NCBI RefSeq assembly: GCF_003044035.1
Contig: NZ_NVQC01000007.1
Location: 25,454-57,453, forward strand
Origin: Candidatus Methylomirabilis limnetica
GTDB lineage: Bacteria > Methylomirabilota > Methylomirabilia > Methylomirabilales > Methylomirabilaceae
DNA: 32,000 bases
Direction: 5' to 3'
Shown here: positions 1 through 7,343 of the stretch, one piece after another
How the letters are laid out: the number at the start of each line of letters is the position of its first letter
Position numbering within the stretch: position 1 is the stretch's first letter
Program-made: the position numbers and the translations under genes
The notes under the pieces: model-generated
What the model was told of the DNA's origin: nothing
The model's input: the letters and a program-made list of their open reading frames with translations, nothing else
Database searches by the model: none

Positions 1-344
1 ACGTGAATGCTTTCACTTACGATAGTGACCCCGCTCTCACTCGCTGCCTTGTGCAGCATCGTCTGAAGCTCGGCGGCGGCGAGCGTCAGCTTCTCCCCAG
101 GCAACAGTCGCTGTTGCAGTTGCTTGTACAGCCCTTCGGCCTCGGCAAATTTCTTCTCGTACCGTCTCTTTCCCTCCACAACCAGTTGGAATCGTTCAAG
201 GGCCTGGAGTTTTTCCAGGTACTCACCTCGAACCTGCATTTGGCTTGAAATGGCCGGAACTATGGCGTAATTGATGGCGAGAAAAGCTACCAGGGCGGCT
301 CCGCCAGCCACGAGAAATCTGCGCTCACGCGAGGCGATGTTCAC
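1..344 (-). CDS. GspM/PilO-like pseudopilus assembly protein, partial (3' end runs off the window)
   Basis: Not in the ORF track. GTG at 342-344 overlaps the stop of the upstream gene (GTGA). Hand translation VNIASRERRFLVAGGAALVAFLAINYAIVPAISSQMQVRGEYLEKLQALERFQLV... gives a short N-terminus, one TM helix and a coiled coil. It sits directly after the gspL-like gene. Confidence 0.5.
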   Translation of the reverse strand, partial: MNIASRERRFLVAGGAALVAFLAINYAIVPAISSQMQVRGEYLEKLQALERFQLVVEGKRRYEKKFAEAEGLYKQLQQRLLPGEKLTLAAAELQTMLHKAASESGVTIVSESIH

Positions 345-1777
345 GGCCGTTTCTCCTTCCTGGCCTCAAGGAGCACCTTGATCTGAAACTCTTGCCCCTC
401 AGCGCCTCGCTGGGCCACCGGAGAGGTGAATTGAGCGTTTTCGAAGAGTGGCGACTGCTCCATAATCGAGATCAGGTCGGAGGCAGAACCGGTGATGAAG
501 CCGCCAATCTTGACTTCTTGCTTCTCGACCGTAAAGAGCGTAAGGGTCATACCCTTCGGCAGAATCTGGAACAATTCGCGTAGCACATCCAGCTTCCTGA
601 CCTCCTCTCGGTCAATGGTCTCCAGGGTGGTGATTTGGCCGGCGAGCGCCCCCACCTCTCCCTTGAGCAACTCCACCTTGGCTGCTTCAGCCTGCACCCG
701 ATCCAGCGTGACAGTCAGCTCTGCTAAAGCCCGGCGCTCCTGACTCGCCCCATTCACCAGATACGCGAGGCCCAAGGCTACAATGAGGGCCAAGAGTCGA
801 AAGGTCATCGCAAGACCGGGATTGTGGCGAGGGGGAGCCAGCTCTTTGGGGAGCAGGTCAATATCGAGCGGGAGCACAACGAGCCCGTGAAGCGCAAGCC
901 CAACGGCCGCCCCGAGAGAATGGGCCGCCTGAGGATCTACGCCTCTTGCCTTGATTCGCTGAAAGGGCTGGAGGAACTCCACTTCAAGACCGGTCCGTTC
1001 GGCCAGGTGGCGCAACAGATCTCCCCTGCCCGCGCCCGTTCCTGCGATAGAGATTCGCCCTGCCTGCTGGCCGCCATTGGCTTCGAGGTGAGCGAAAAGG
1101 GCAGAGATCTCCGGTATCAGCGCATCGAGGGGCACGGCCTGGCCAAGGGTCAGGTATCGGGAGCATCGAAAGATTCCTTGTTTGGTCAGACTCAGCTCAG
1201 CCTCTCCGTCCCGCAGATCGATGAGGACCCTCAGGGGCTCCGCACCTCGGTCCTGGTTGTAGAGGAGGGCGTTGAGCGATGCGACCGTCGAGACGCCCAC
1301 AGCGGTCGGCGTGATCCCTGCCTCATGCAGCAGAGCGAGGTATCTACTGACCTCCTCTTTCCTGGCCGCGGCCAACAGGACAGTGGCCTTTTCGGCATCG
1401 CGCTCAAGCACCTGGAAGTCGTACTGCGCCTCCTCTGGAGGGAAGGGGACATGTCGTTCAACCTCGTAGTCCAGGACCCCCCGGAGCTCCTCTTCGCCTA
1501 CCGCCGGCATGCTCACCGATCGCATCGTGACGAAGCGTCGAGGCAGGCCAACCGTTACGAAGGCGGGTCGCTTGGGTAACCGAGCCAAGAGGCCGGACAG
1601 CTTCTCTTTGAGGACTTCCGGCCTATCTTTCTCTTCGACCGGTAGCTCCTCGATGCCATGATCGAGGAGCTGGACTCTCCCAAACGCTTTGCTTAACAAA
1701 ACATGGCAGAGCAGGCTACCACGGATATCGATGCCCAGGCTGACTTTCGATCTTGGGATCAGCTCGCTGAGCGTCAT
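341..1777 (-). CDS. gspL: GspL-like assembly protein (PilM actin-like ATPase fold fused to a PilN-like TM/periplasmic domain)
   Basis: 478 aa. N-terminus SLGIDIRGSLLCHVLL is PilM-like. A central TM segment (FRLLALIVALGLAYLV) is followed by a coiled coil and PilN-like domain. ATGA overlap with gspK, and the gene order fits. Confidence 0.7.
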   Translation of the reverse strand: MTLSELIPRSKVSLGIDIRGSLLCHVLLSKAFGRVQLLDHGIEELPVEEKDRPEVLKEKLSGLLARLPKRPAFVTVGLPRRFVTMRSVSMPAVGEEELRGVLDYEVERHVPFPPEEAQYDFQVLERDAEKATVLLAAARKEEVSRYLALLHEAGITPTAVGVSTVASLNALLYNQDRGAEPLRVLIDLRDGEAELSLTKQGIFRCSRYLTLGQAVPLDALIPEISALFAHLEANGGQQAGRISIAGTGAGRGDLLRHLAERTGLEVEFLQPFQRIKARGVDPQAAHSLGAAVGLALHGLVVLPLDIDLLPKELAPPRHNPGLAMTFRLLALIVALGLAYLVNGASQERRALAELTVTLDRVQAEAAKVELLKGEVGALAGQITTLETIDREEVRKLDVLRELFQILPKGMTLTLFTVEKQEVKIGGFITGSASDLISIMEQSPLFENAQFTSPVAQRGAEGQEFQIKVLLEARKEKRP

Positions 1778-2997
1778 ACGCCTCCATGTCTCGGGTCAAG
1801 GCTCCAGAGCCGTACAGAGAGCTTCGGCCGGCCTGGCGTCCCGTCATTTCGGAGGATGGCGGCCACGCGAACCGTAAGCCTTGATCCCGTCATCCGCCCA
1901 GCCGATTTGACGGAGAAGTTTTTCGCGCTCACTGTAGCCGTCTGACTGAGTTCTGCGATTATCTGCGTCGGGTTCGCCGGGCCCGACTGGCCTCCAGGCA
2001 CCACTGCGAATCCCTGTCGACCGCCCCCTAAGATGGCGCGGATAAGCTCAGTGAACTCCTGCGGGTTCTTAAATGGAAGTTGGGTACGCCGGTCGAGAAC
2101 GGCCTGGACCTCTGCCGCCGTCAGCCCGAGCGCCATCAAGACCTCGGAACTGGCGGTATTGACATTCACCATCCCGGAGGAATAGATCGACAAGTGCCTG
2201 GCGACTCCGAGGGATTCACCGTGCTGGAGCTCACGTTCCCATGGAGGTTGCGCCTCCAGTTCAGTCCGCCGCTGCGCGCCAGCGACGTTGCCGTACAGGA
2301 TCTCCGGGGTCATCCCTTTGATCAGGAGCAGTTCGTCGATAGTCTCGAAGTCCCCGTTCTTCGCCCGATATGGGCTGGGGAGGGACAGGTAGTAGTCGTC
2401 TTCGACGCCACTCAAGCGATGTAGAGTGTCGACGTCGCGCCAGTCCTGGATCGAATCGACGATGGTGGAGAGGAGCTTCTCATCCGTGACGCCGGAGTTA
2501 GAGAACAGCCGGCGAAGCATCGCATCGTATTGCGGGCTGATCTGCCCGTTCAGGGGAATCTTGCTCTCCTCATCCCTGACCGCCACCCGGTAATGCCCCC
2601 CGCCCAGCGCCACATTCTCATAGGCGGCCGGATTGGTACGCCAGTGCTCGTCCAGAGCGTCGTAGCTCTTCGAGTCTGGCGGGACATCACGGTCGGCATT
2701 GATGATCTCCGCCGCCGCCCGGTAGACACCGGCCTCCGCCAAGTAGTAGGCTTCCGCTTCCTGCCTGAAGTTGCCGGCCGCGGCCAGCTCTGTGCGCATC
2801 GAAAAGGTGAAGGCTGTGAACACGACACTCAGAAATGTCAGGATCCAAAGTACGACCACAAGCGCCAATCCACGCTCCGAATGAAGACGATGTTTCGAGT
2901 TTCGAGTTTCGAGTTTCGGGTAAGGGCGACCCGCCGGGTTGCCCCTATTGAAACGCCACACTCGAAACTCGAAACGCGAAACTCGAAACGTTTTCAT
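1774..2997 (-). CDS. gspK: Type II secretion minor pseudopilin GspK
   Basis: 407 aa with the GspK signature ERGLALVVVLWILTFLSVVF...AEAYYLAEAG and a C-terminal helix-hairpin-helix-like region. The first ~45 codons are encoded by heptamer palindrome A. The only in-frame starts upstream of the conserved RG-ALVVVL motif are ATG 2997 and GTG at codon 13. Confidence 0.8.
   Translation of the reverse strand: MKTFRVSRFEFRVWRFNRGNPAGRPYPKLETRNSKHRLHSERGLALVVVLWILTFLSVVFTAFTFSMRTELAAAGNFRQEAEAYYLAEAGVYRAAAEIINADRDVPPDSKSYDALDEHWRTNPAAYENVALGGGHYRVAVRDEESKIPLNGQISPQYDAMLRRLFSNSGVTDEKLLSTIVDSIQDWRDVDTLHRLSGVEDDYYLSLPSPYRAKNGDFETIDELLLIKGMTPEILYGNVAGAQRRTELEAQPPWERELQHGESLGVARHLSIYSSGMVNVNTASSEVLMALGLTAAEVQAVLDRRTQLPFKNPQEFTELIRAILGGGRQGFAVVPGGQSGPANPTQIIAELSQTATVSAKNFSVKSAGRMTGSRLTVRVAAILRNDGTPGRPKLSVRLWSLDPRHGGV
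2892..2988. repeat. Heptamer-palindrome element A: (GTTTCGA)x3+GTTTCGG ... (CTCGAAA)x4-like, ~28-bp near-perfect arms
   Basis: Left arm 2892-2919 and right arm 2961-2988 are reverse complements with 1-2 mismatches. The 41-nt loop contains its own hairpin GGGCGACCC/GGGTTGCCC (2924-2945). The element sits at the gspJ stop / gspK start. Confidence 0.85.
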
Positions 2998-3827
2998 AGC
3001 GTTCGCCCTACTTGCACTGGAAAGACCAGCGGCGGCAGGATCAACTCCCGGAGCCCAGACGATTTCGTCTGTCGAATCGTGAGCGTGAGCTCCACAGCCA
3101 ACGGCATACGATCAGAGCCCTTCAGGGCGCGCTGCCCCTGTGCAGGGACGAATCTCCGAGCTGGGGGCTGCGGCGTCTCGTCTTGGGAAGGATCCCAAGA
3201 ATCGCGCCAGGCGGGGGGAAGATTTTCCTCCGGCCTGCCCTCCGGCACCAGGTACCGAAAGCGCGCCTGCAACGCTCGTTCATCGAGCGGTTTGACTGAA
3301 TCCTCGAACGAGGCGGATGCCTGAGTAGCAAGAGGGTAGCTTCCTGTGGCCACCAGTCCCCGACCAGACTCGACGGCATAGGCCACGATCCTGACCATGT
3401 GACTGAATGGTTCGGCCCCGTAGCTCTGTGGAAGGGTAGCAAACTTGAGGGAGTCCGACTTGCCATGAAAGGCGATGACATCCTTATCCTGCTCTTTCAC
3501 ACGCAAAGGGTGTATCATCGTAAGGTCTCGTGCGAGGGTCTCGACAAGGGTGCGATTGCGCTGGCTCTCTTCCGCCCGCGCCTCCCCGCTCTCCCACGAC
3601 TTGGCTCCAACCTGGATCGCACCAAGTACGGCGACGAAGATAAGCGACAGGATCGTCAGCGAGATCAAGACCTCGATCAAGGTGAAGCCGTGCGGAGTGC
3701 GGAGTTCCAGGTTTCGGGTTTCGGGTTTCGGGTTTCGGGTTTCGGGAGTCCTGCTCTTGTCAGAAACCTGGAACGTGGAACTCGAAACTAGAAACTCGAA
3801 ACTCGAAACTTGCTTACTGCACCACAC
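2994..3827 (-). CDS. gspJ: Type II secretion minor pseudopilin GspJ-like
   Basis: 277 aa. Prepilin motif PHG|FTLIEVLISLTILSLIFVAV. Size and position between gspI and gspK fit. The only in-frame start is GTG 3827, which gives an unusually long ~46-aa leader encoded by heptamer palindrome B. Confidence 0.7.
   Translation of the reverse strand: MWCSKQVSSFEFLVSSSTFQVSDKSRTPETRNPKPETRNLELRTPHGFTLIEVLISLTILSLIFVAVLGAIQVGAKSWESGEARAEESQRNRTLVETLARDLTMIHPLRVKEQDKDVIAFHGKSDSLKFATLPQSYGAEPFSHMVRIVAYAVESGRGLVATGSYPLATQASASFEDSVKPLDERALQARFRYLVPEGRPEENLPPAWRDSWDPSQDETPQPPARRFVPAQGQRALKGSDRMPLAVELTLTIRQTKSSGLRELILPPLVFPVQVGRTL
3705..3808. repeat. Heptamer-palindrome element B: (GTTTCGG)x5 ... (CTCGAAA/CTAGAAA)x4
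   Basis: Five perfect tandem GTTTCGG at 3711-3745 and four tandem CTCGAAA-type heptads at 3781-3808. There is also a perfect 11-bp inverted repeat, TTCCAGGTTTC 3705-3715 / GAAACCTGGAA 3763-3773. The element sits at the gspI stop / gspJ start. Confidence 0.85.
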
Positions 3828-4299
3828 GCGTCTGACCCAACTTCTTCTCGTCCACCATCATCCTCAGGGTCTGAAGGTTCACGGATTTCTCTCCACGGCG
3901 GCTAGGCCACGTGACGCGGACCTGGACACTGTAGAGCCGACCGGGGAGTTCTTCCTCCTGTTCGAGCGGCTGGACCTCAGAGGCCCAACGGAATCCCCCA
4001 CCGAACTCCCCTGTTTCGGCCGAGCCTGTGAGGTTCCGCATTACGGCGACCTCGGCCATTTTCTGCCGAGCCAGCAGGACCGCCTGAGTGTAATCTTCGG
4101 ACGCCTTCGCAGAGCGAACCCCAGCGGCTAGCAGCTCCATGGCCAAGGCGAACCCGATACCGAGAATGGCCAAGGCAACAATGACCTCGAGCAGCGTGAA
4201 GCCATGCTCCGTACGGCGTGCGGAGCATGGCAAATCCCCCCGTGCCCCCCTTTTGTAAAGGGGGGGGTGGGGGGATTTCGCGCTTCGCACTATGTTCAC
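3814..4299 (-). CDS. gspI: Type II secretion minor pseudopilin GspI-like
   Basis: 161 aa. Prepilin motif EHG|FTLLEVIVALAILGIGFALAM. GTG 4299 forms a GTGA overlap with the gspH stop. The leader codons (SPHPPLYKRGARGDLP) come from a G/C-tract REP. An alternative in-frame TTG (GD-L-PC) would give a 10-aa leader. Confidence 0.7.
   Translation of the reverse strand: MNIVRSAKSPHPPLYKRGARGDLPCSARRTEHGFTLLEVIVALAILGIGFALAMELLAAGVRSAKASEDYTQAVLLARQKMAEVAVMRNLTGSAETGEFGGGFRWASEVQPLEQEEELPGRLYSVQVRVTWPSRRGEKSVNLQTLRMMVDEKKLGQTRVVQ
4202..4278. repeat. Palindromic REP-like elements inside the gspI leader region
   Basis: Perfect 10-bp inverted repeat CCATGCTCCG 4202-4211 / CGGAGCATGG 4221-4230. Nested G/C hairpin AAATCCCCCC 4232-4241 / GGGGGGATTT 4269-4278, with inner stem CCCCCCTTT / AAAGGGGGG. 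Confidence 0.7.
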
Positions 4300-4850
4300 G
4301 CATTCTCTGCGGTGCTGATGCGAATCAACCCAACCGATGGATCCACAACAATTCGATAGGCTCGCCCCTTCTCGTCAGAGAGGTCAATCGATCCACCCGT
4401 CGAGCTCCCCTGCGGAAAGAAGGCAATGGCGCCACGCTCATCTGACCGAAGGGGGCCGGTGGTGAGGAGAACGGACTTCAGGCTCACACCAGGCGGAAGA
4501 GAACGGACCCGAGCCTGCCGCATCTGAACCTGCTGTTCCGGGTCCTCAACCGTTGGAACCTGGTCGATGCCGCTCAGGCGGCCGACAATCCAGTCGGGTC
4601 CCCTCAACCAGTAGCGATTGGTCTGCCGGTCAAGCACCACCTCCACTACATCCTGGTTGGCGATCGCCTGCGTTCTGGCAAACCGGCACAGGGCGGCGAT
4701 ATCCCTCGCCGAGGCCTTGAGTCGAGCCTGCCCGAATGGGTGGCTGAAGGCCGGTGCGACCAGCACGGTCACCAGCGTGAGAATGAACAGCACCACGGTA
4801 AGTTCGAGGAGCGTGAAGCCCCTCGTACCCCGCACTGGTCTATTGTTCAA
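4296..4850 (-). CDS. gspH: Type II secretion minor pseudopilin GspH-like
   Basis: 184 aa. Leader MNNRPVRGTRG|FTLLELTVVLFILTLV. Position between gspG and gspI fits. Confidence 0.7.
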   Translation of the reverse strand: MNNRPVRGTRGFTLLELTVVLFILTLVTVLVAPAFSHPFGQARLKASARDIAALCRFARTQAIANQDVVEVVLDRQTNRYWLRGPDWIVGRLSGIDQVPTVEDPEQQVQMRQARVRSLPPGVSLKSVLLTTGPLRSDERGAIAFFPQGSSTGGSIDLSDEKGRAYRIVVDPSVGLIRISTAENA

Positions 4851-5340
4851 CCCGCTCTCCTGCCCGTTTGATGCCCGCCCAGCTCACGATGTCCTGATTC
4901 TCCCCATCGCCACCCGCCACGCCATCACCGCCATAGGAGATGATATCGTAATCGCCATGCTCCCCCGGAGACTTATAGACAAAGGGGTGCACCCAGGGAT
5001 CTAACGGGATCTCCTGCTTCTTGAGATAGGGCCCATCCCAGTTCTCAACCGCGCCCGGATTGACAAGCATCGCCTTCAGCCCTTCCTCGCTGGTCGGATA
5101 CCGGCCGACGTCGAGGCGAAAGTTGTCTAAGGCGGCGCCGAACAGCTCGATCTGGGCCTGAGCCGCCGCCTGCTTACCCTTCCCCACCCTGCCGAACAGC
5201 TTCGGCCCAACGAGAGCGGCCAACAGGCCGATGATGATGATGACCACCAGCAGCTCGATGAGGGTGAAGCCGGCCTGATTACGGTGCAAGGTCCTGGCCC
5301 TCGCCTTTTGCCATACCTGGATATCTTCACATCGCTGCAT
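4840..5340 (-). CDS. gspG: Type II secretion major pseudopilin GspG
   Basis: AG|FTLIELLVVIIIIGLLAALVGPKLFG...AQIELFGAALDNFRLDVGRYPTSEEGL..WDGPYLKK..PLDPW..PFVYKSPGEHGDYDIISYGGDG is canonical GspG. The start is uncertain. Candidates are ATG 5340, GTG 5346 (AAGGAG 6 nt upstream), and TTG 5289, which would give the classical short leader MHRNQAG|F. Confidence 0.85.
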   Translation of the reverse strand: MQRCEDIQVWQKARARTLHRNQAGFTLIELLVVIIIIGLLAALVGPKLFGRVGKGKQAAAQAQIELFGAALDNFRLDVGRYPTSEEGLKAMLVNPGAVENWDGPYLKKQEIPLDPWVHPFVYKSPGEHGDYDIISYGGDGVAGGDGENQDIVSWAGIKRAGERVEQ

Positions 5341-5420
5341 TCCCACGCTCAGCTCCTTTGCTCCATGCCCCATCTGTACGTATGTTCGCACCCCGCACCC
5401 CCTCCCTGCCTCTCCTCCCT

Positions 5421-5478
5421 TGTAGGGGCAGGCCTTGTGCCTGCCCAGAGCGGGCGACCACCAGGGTCGCCCCTACGT
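5421..5478. repeat. REP-like multi-hairpin element in the gspF-gspG spacer
   Basis: Stems GGGCAGGC/GCCTGCCC and GGGCGACC/GGTCGCCC, enclosed by GTAGGGG...CCCCTAC. This generates the artefactual ORF 5284..5532. Confidence 0.7.
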
Positions 5479-5512
5479 CGGCGAGGGTGGGGACGTACCC
5501 CGCAAACTGTAC

Positions 5513-6739
5513 TTAGAGCGGAAGCTCATTGATACTAAATATCGCCAGCAACATCGACATCACGATGAATCCAACAATGAGGCCTAGGGACAGGATCAGG
5601 ACCGGCTCCAGCAGCGAGGTCAAGCGCTTGACCGTTCGCCGCACCCGGTCATCGTAGGTGTCGGCCACCTTGATCAGCATCTCCTCCAGCTTTCCAGTCT
5701 CTTCTCCCACCCTGGCCATATGGATGGAAAAGGAGGGAAAGGCACCAGTGGCCCGCAGCGGGCCGCTGATTCCCTCGCCACGCTTCACCCCCTCTTGCAA
5801 CCTGGACATGGCGCCGGCGATCACCCGATTGGTGACCGTCTCTTTGACGATAGAAACGGCGGCGAGCACCGGGACCCCGCTTTGGAGAAGCGTCCCGAAC
5901 GTCCTGGCAAAGCGGGAGACCTCGATCTCCTGAATCAGGCCTCCCAGTAACGGCAAGGCCAGCTTCCACTGGTCCCACTGCATCTTCCCCTGCTCAGTCT
6001 GTAGATAGGCTCGAAGACCACCCCAGCCAATGACGATCAGCCCCACAAACACCCACCAGTAGCCGGTCGTGAACGTGCTGATCGCGAGCAGCATCCTGGT
6101 CGGCAGTGGCATGAGCTGCTTGGTATCGGCAAAGATCTGGGCAAACCGTGGAATCACGAAGTTCATCATGACCACCACGGCACCGCCACCCACAAGGAGC
6201 AGCAGAATCGGATAGATGAGGGCTGAGGTGATCTCGTCCCGGATCGTCTTGGACCGCTCCATAAACCCGGCCAGCCGCGAAAGGATCACCTCTAACACGC
6301 CGCTCGCCTCCCCCGCCTTAACCATATTGACGTACAGCCGGGAGAAAAGTCGTGGATGCTTAGCCAAGCTGTCGGCGAATGAACTACCCGCCTGGATGTC
6401 GGCCAGGACGCCACGGAGAATAGACCGGAACCGTTGATTGTCGGTCAGGTCCAGCAGGATCGACAGGCTCCGGTCCAGCTCCATCCCAGCCTCAAGCAAT
6501 GTGGCAAGTTGTTGCGTGAAGGCCAGGACGTCTTGGGCGGACGGTCCCCTCGCAAATCGGCTCTGGACCCCAGCGAGACCAGGCTTGGCCTCCACCATCG
6601 CACCGGCCTGACCAATCTTGATCGGGTAGTAGCCGTTGGTCTGGAGCCAAACCACGACCGCCCGTTCGTCGGAAGCCTCCATGCTCCCCTGGATGATCTT
6701 GGCGGCACGATCAGTGGCGGTGTATTGAAATGTCCCCAT
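5513..6739 (-). CDS. gspF: Type II secretion inner-membrane platform protein GspF
   Basis: 408 aa with two T2SSF-type repeats and three TM segments. The N-terminus MGTFQYTATDRAAKIIQGSMEA is typical of GspF/PilC. Confidence 0.9.
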   Translation of the reverse strand: MGTFQYTATDRAAKIIQGSMEASDERAVVVWLQTNGYYPIKIGQAGAMVEAKPGLAGVQSRFARGPSAQDVLAFTQQLATLLEAGMELDRSLSILLDLTDNQRFRSILRGVLADIQAGSSFADSLAKHPRLFSRLYVNMVKAGEASGVLEVILSRLAGFMERSKTIRDEITSALIYPILLLLVGGGAVVVMMNFVIPRFAQIFADTKQLMPLPTRMLLAISTFTTGYWWVFVGLIVIGWGGLRAYLQTEQGKMQWDQWKLALPLLGGLIQEIEVSRFARTFGTLLQSGVPVLAAVSIVKETVTNRVIAGAMSRLQEGVKRGEGISGPLRATGAFPSFSIHMARVGEETGKLEEMLIKVADTYDDRVRRTVKRLTSLLEPVLILSLGLIVGFIVMSMLLAIFSINELPL

Positions 6740-6774
6740 ACGCAGGCTTGACTGTAACTACTTAGACGTTTAGG

Positions 6775-7127
6775 CTGAAGGCTGAAGACTATACATTATC
6801 TCGCACGGCACAATGAACTACCCCGCAGCAAGCTACGGGGTATCGTCTTCTGTTCTGGCCCGTCATTCCGTGCTTGACACGGAATCCAGTCGGGCCCTCT
6901 GGATACCGGCTTCCGCCGGTATGACGAACTCGCGGCAAGCCGCGGGGAATGAACCCCCAGTAGATTCAAGAACTTCCCGGCTTCTACGACCTTTGGTTCT
7001 CTCAGAGAGGACTCCTCATTGGGCAAGAAGCCCACACGCTTCGACGCATTGCGACTTCAACAGCCAACTCAACTGCCAGAGGTTGTGTGTGATCATCGCT
7101 TTAACCCTAAAAGCCTTCAGCCTTCAG
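6775..7127. repeat. Inverted-repeat-bounded ~350 bp non-coding block containing stacked REP hairpins
   Basis: 13-bp inverted repeat CTGAAGGCTGAAG 6775-6787 / CTTCAGCCTTCAG 7115-7127 (tandem heptads). Interior hairpins include ATTCCGTG/CACGGAAT, ATACCGGC/GCCGGTAT and CCCCG/CGGGG. Track ORFs 6796..7035 and 6813..7235 are artefacts of it. Confidence 0.6.
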
Positions 7128-7265
7128 TCTATCTACCTAATGAGTTACATTTTACCTTTATTGACACCGAATTACAGGTATAGGTTTACGACTATAGCAA
7201 CTACCGATGCACTGTCAATAGAAATCAGGTCCTGAAATGGCCCTGCAAGTCGCTTGAACTGGCCT

Positions 7266-7302
7266 CAAAAATCAAGCAGATAGGAGACCCTATCTGCTTG
7301 AT
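7266..7302 (-). terminator. Rho-independent terminator downstream of gspE
   Basis: Perfect 14-bp stem ATCAAGCAGATAGG 7271-7284 / CCTATCTGCTTGAT 7289-7302 with a 4-nt loop. On the minus strand it is followed by TTTTT (7266-7270). It lies 42 nt after the gspE stop. Confidence 0.75.
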
Positions 7303-7343
7303 TGATAAAGGGTTGCCGGCTCACATGGGGAAGCAGTCGGAGC

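Noticed and set aside
3-248. 81-aa plus-strand ORF at the window start
   Set aside because: It is antisense to the GspM-like frame, which is translationally coupled (GTGA) to gspL and has a plausible TM plus coiled-coil architecture.
824-1579. 251-aa plus-strand ORF antisense to gspL (likewise 2530..3324, 3475..4131 and 7302..8129, which are antisense to gspK/J/I/E)
   Set aside because: These are long open antisense frames typical of GC-rich DNA. They are Arg/Gly/Pro-rich, fully overlap genes with clear family signatures, and have no RBS.
7161-7200. Plus-strand TTGACA at 7161 as a promoter
   Set aside because: No acceptable -10 hexamer lies at 16-19 nt spacing, and no plus-strand gene lies downstream because gspE is on the minus strand.
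6796-7235. Track ORFs 6796..7035 (-) and 6813..7235 (+) in the gspE-gspF spacer
   Set aside because: Both read through stacked REP hairpins, giving the WIP..ARNDG and AGMT pseudo-peptides. They overlap each other on opposite strands, and neither has an RBS.
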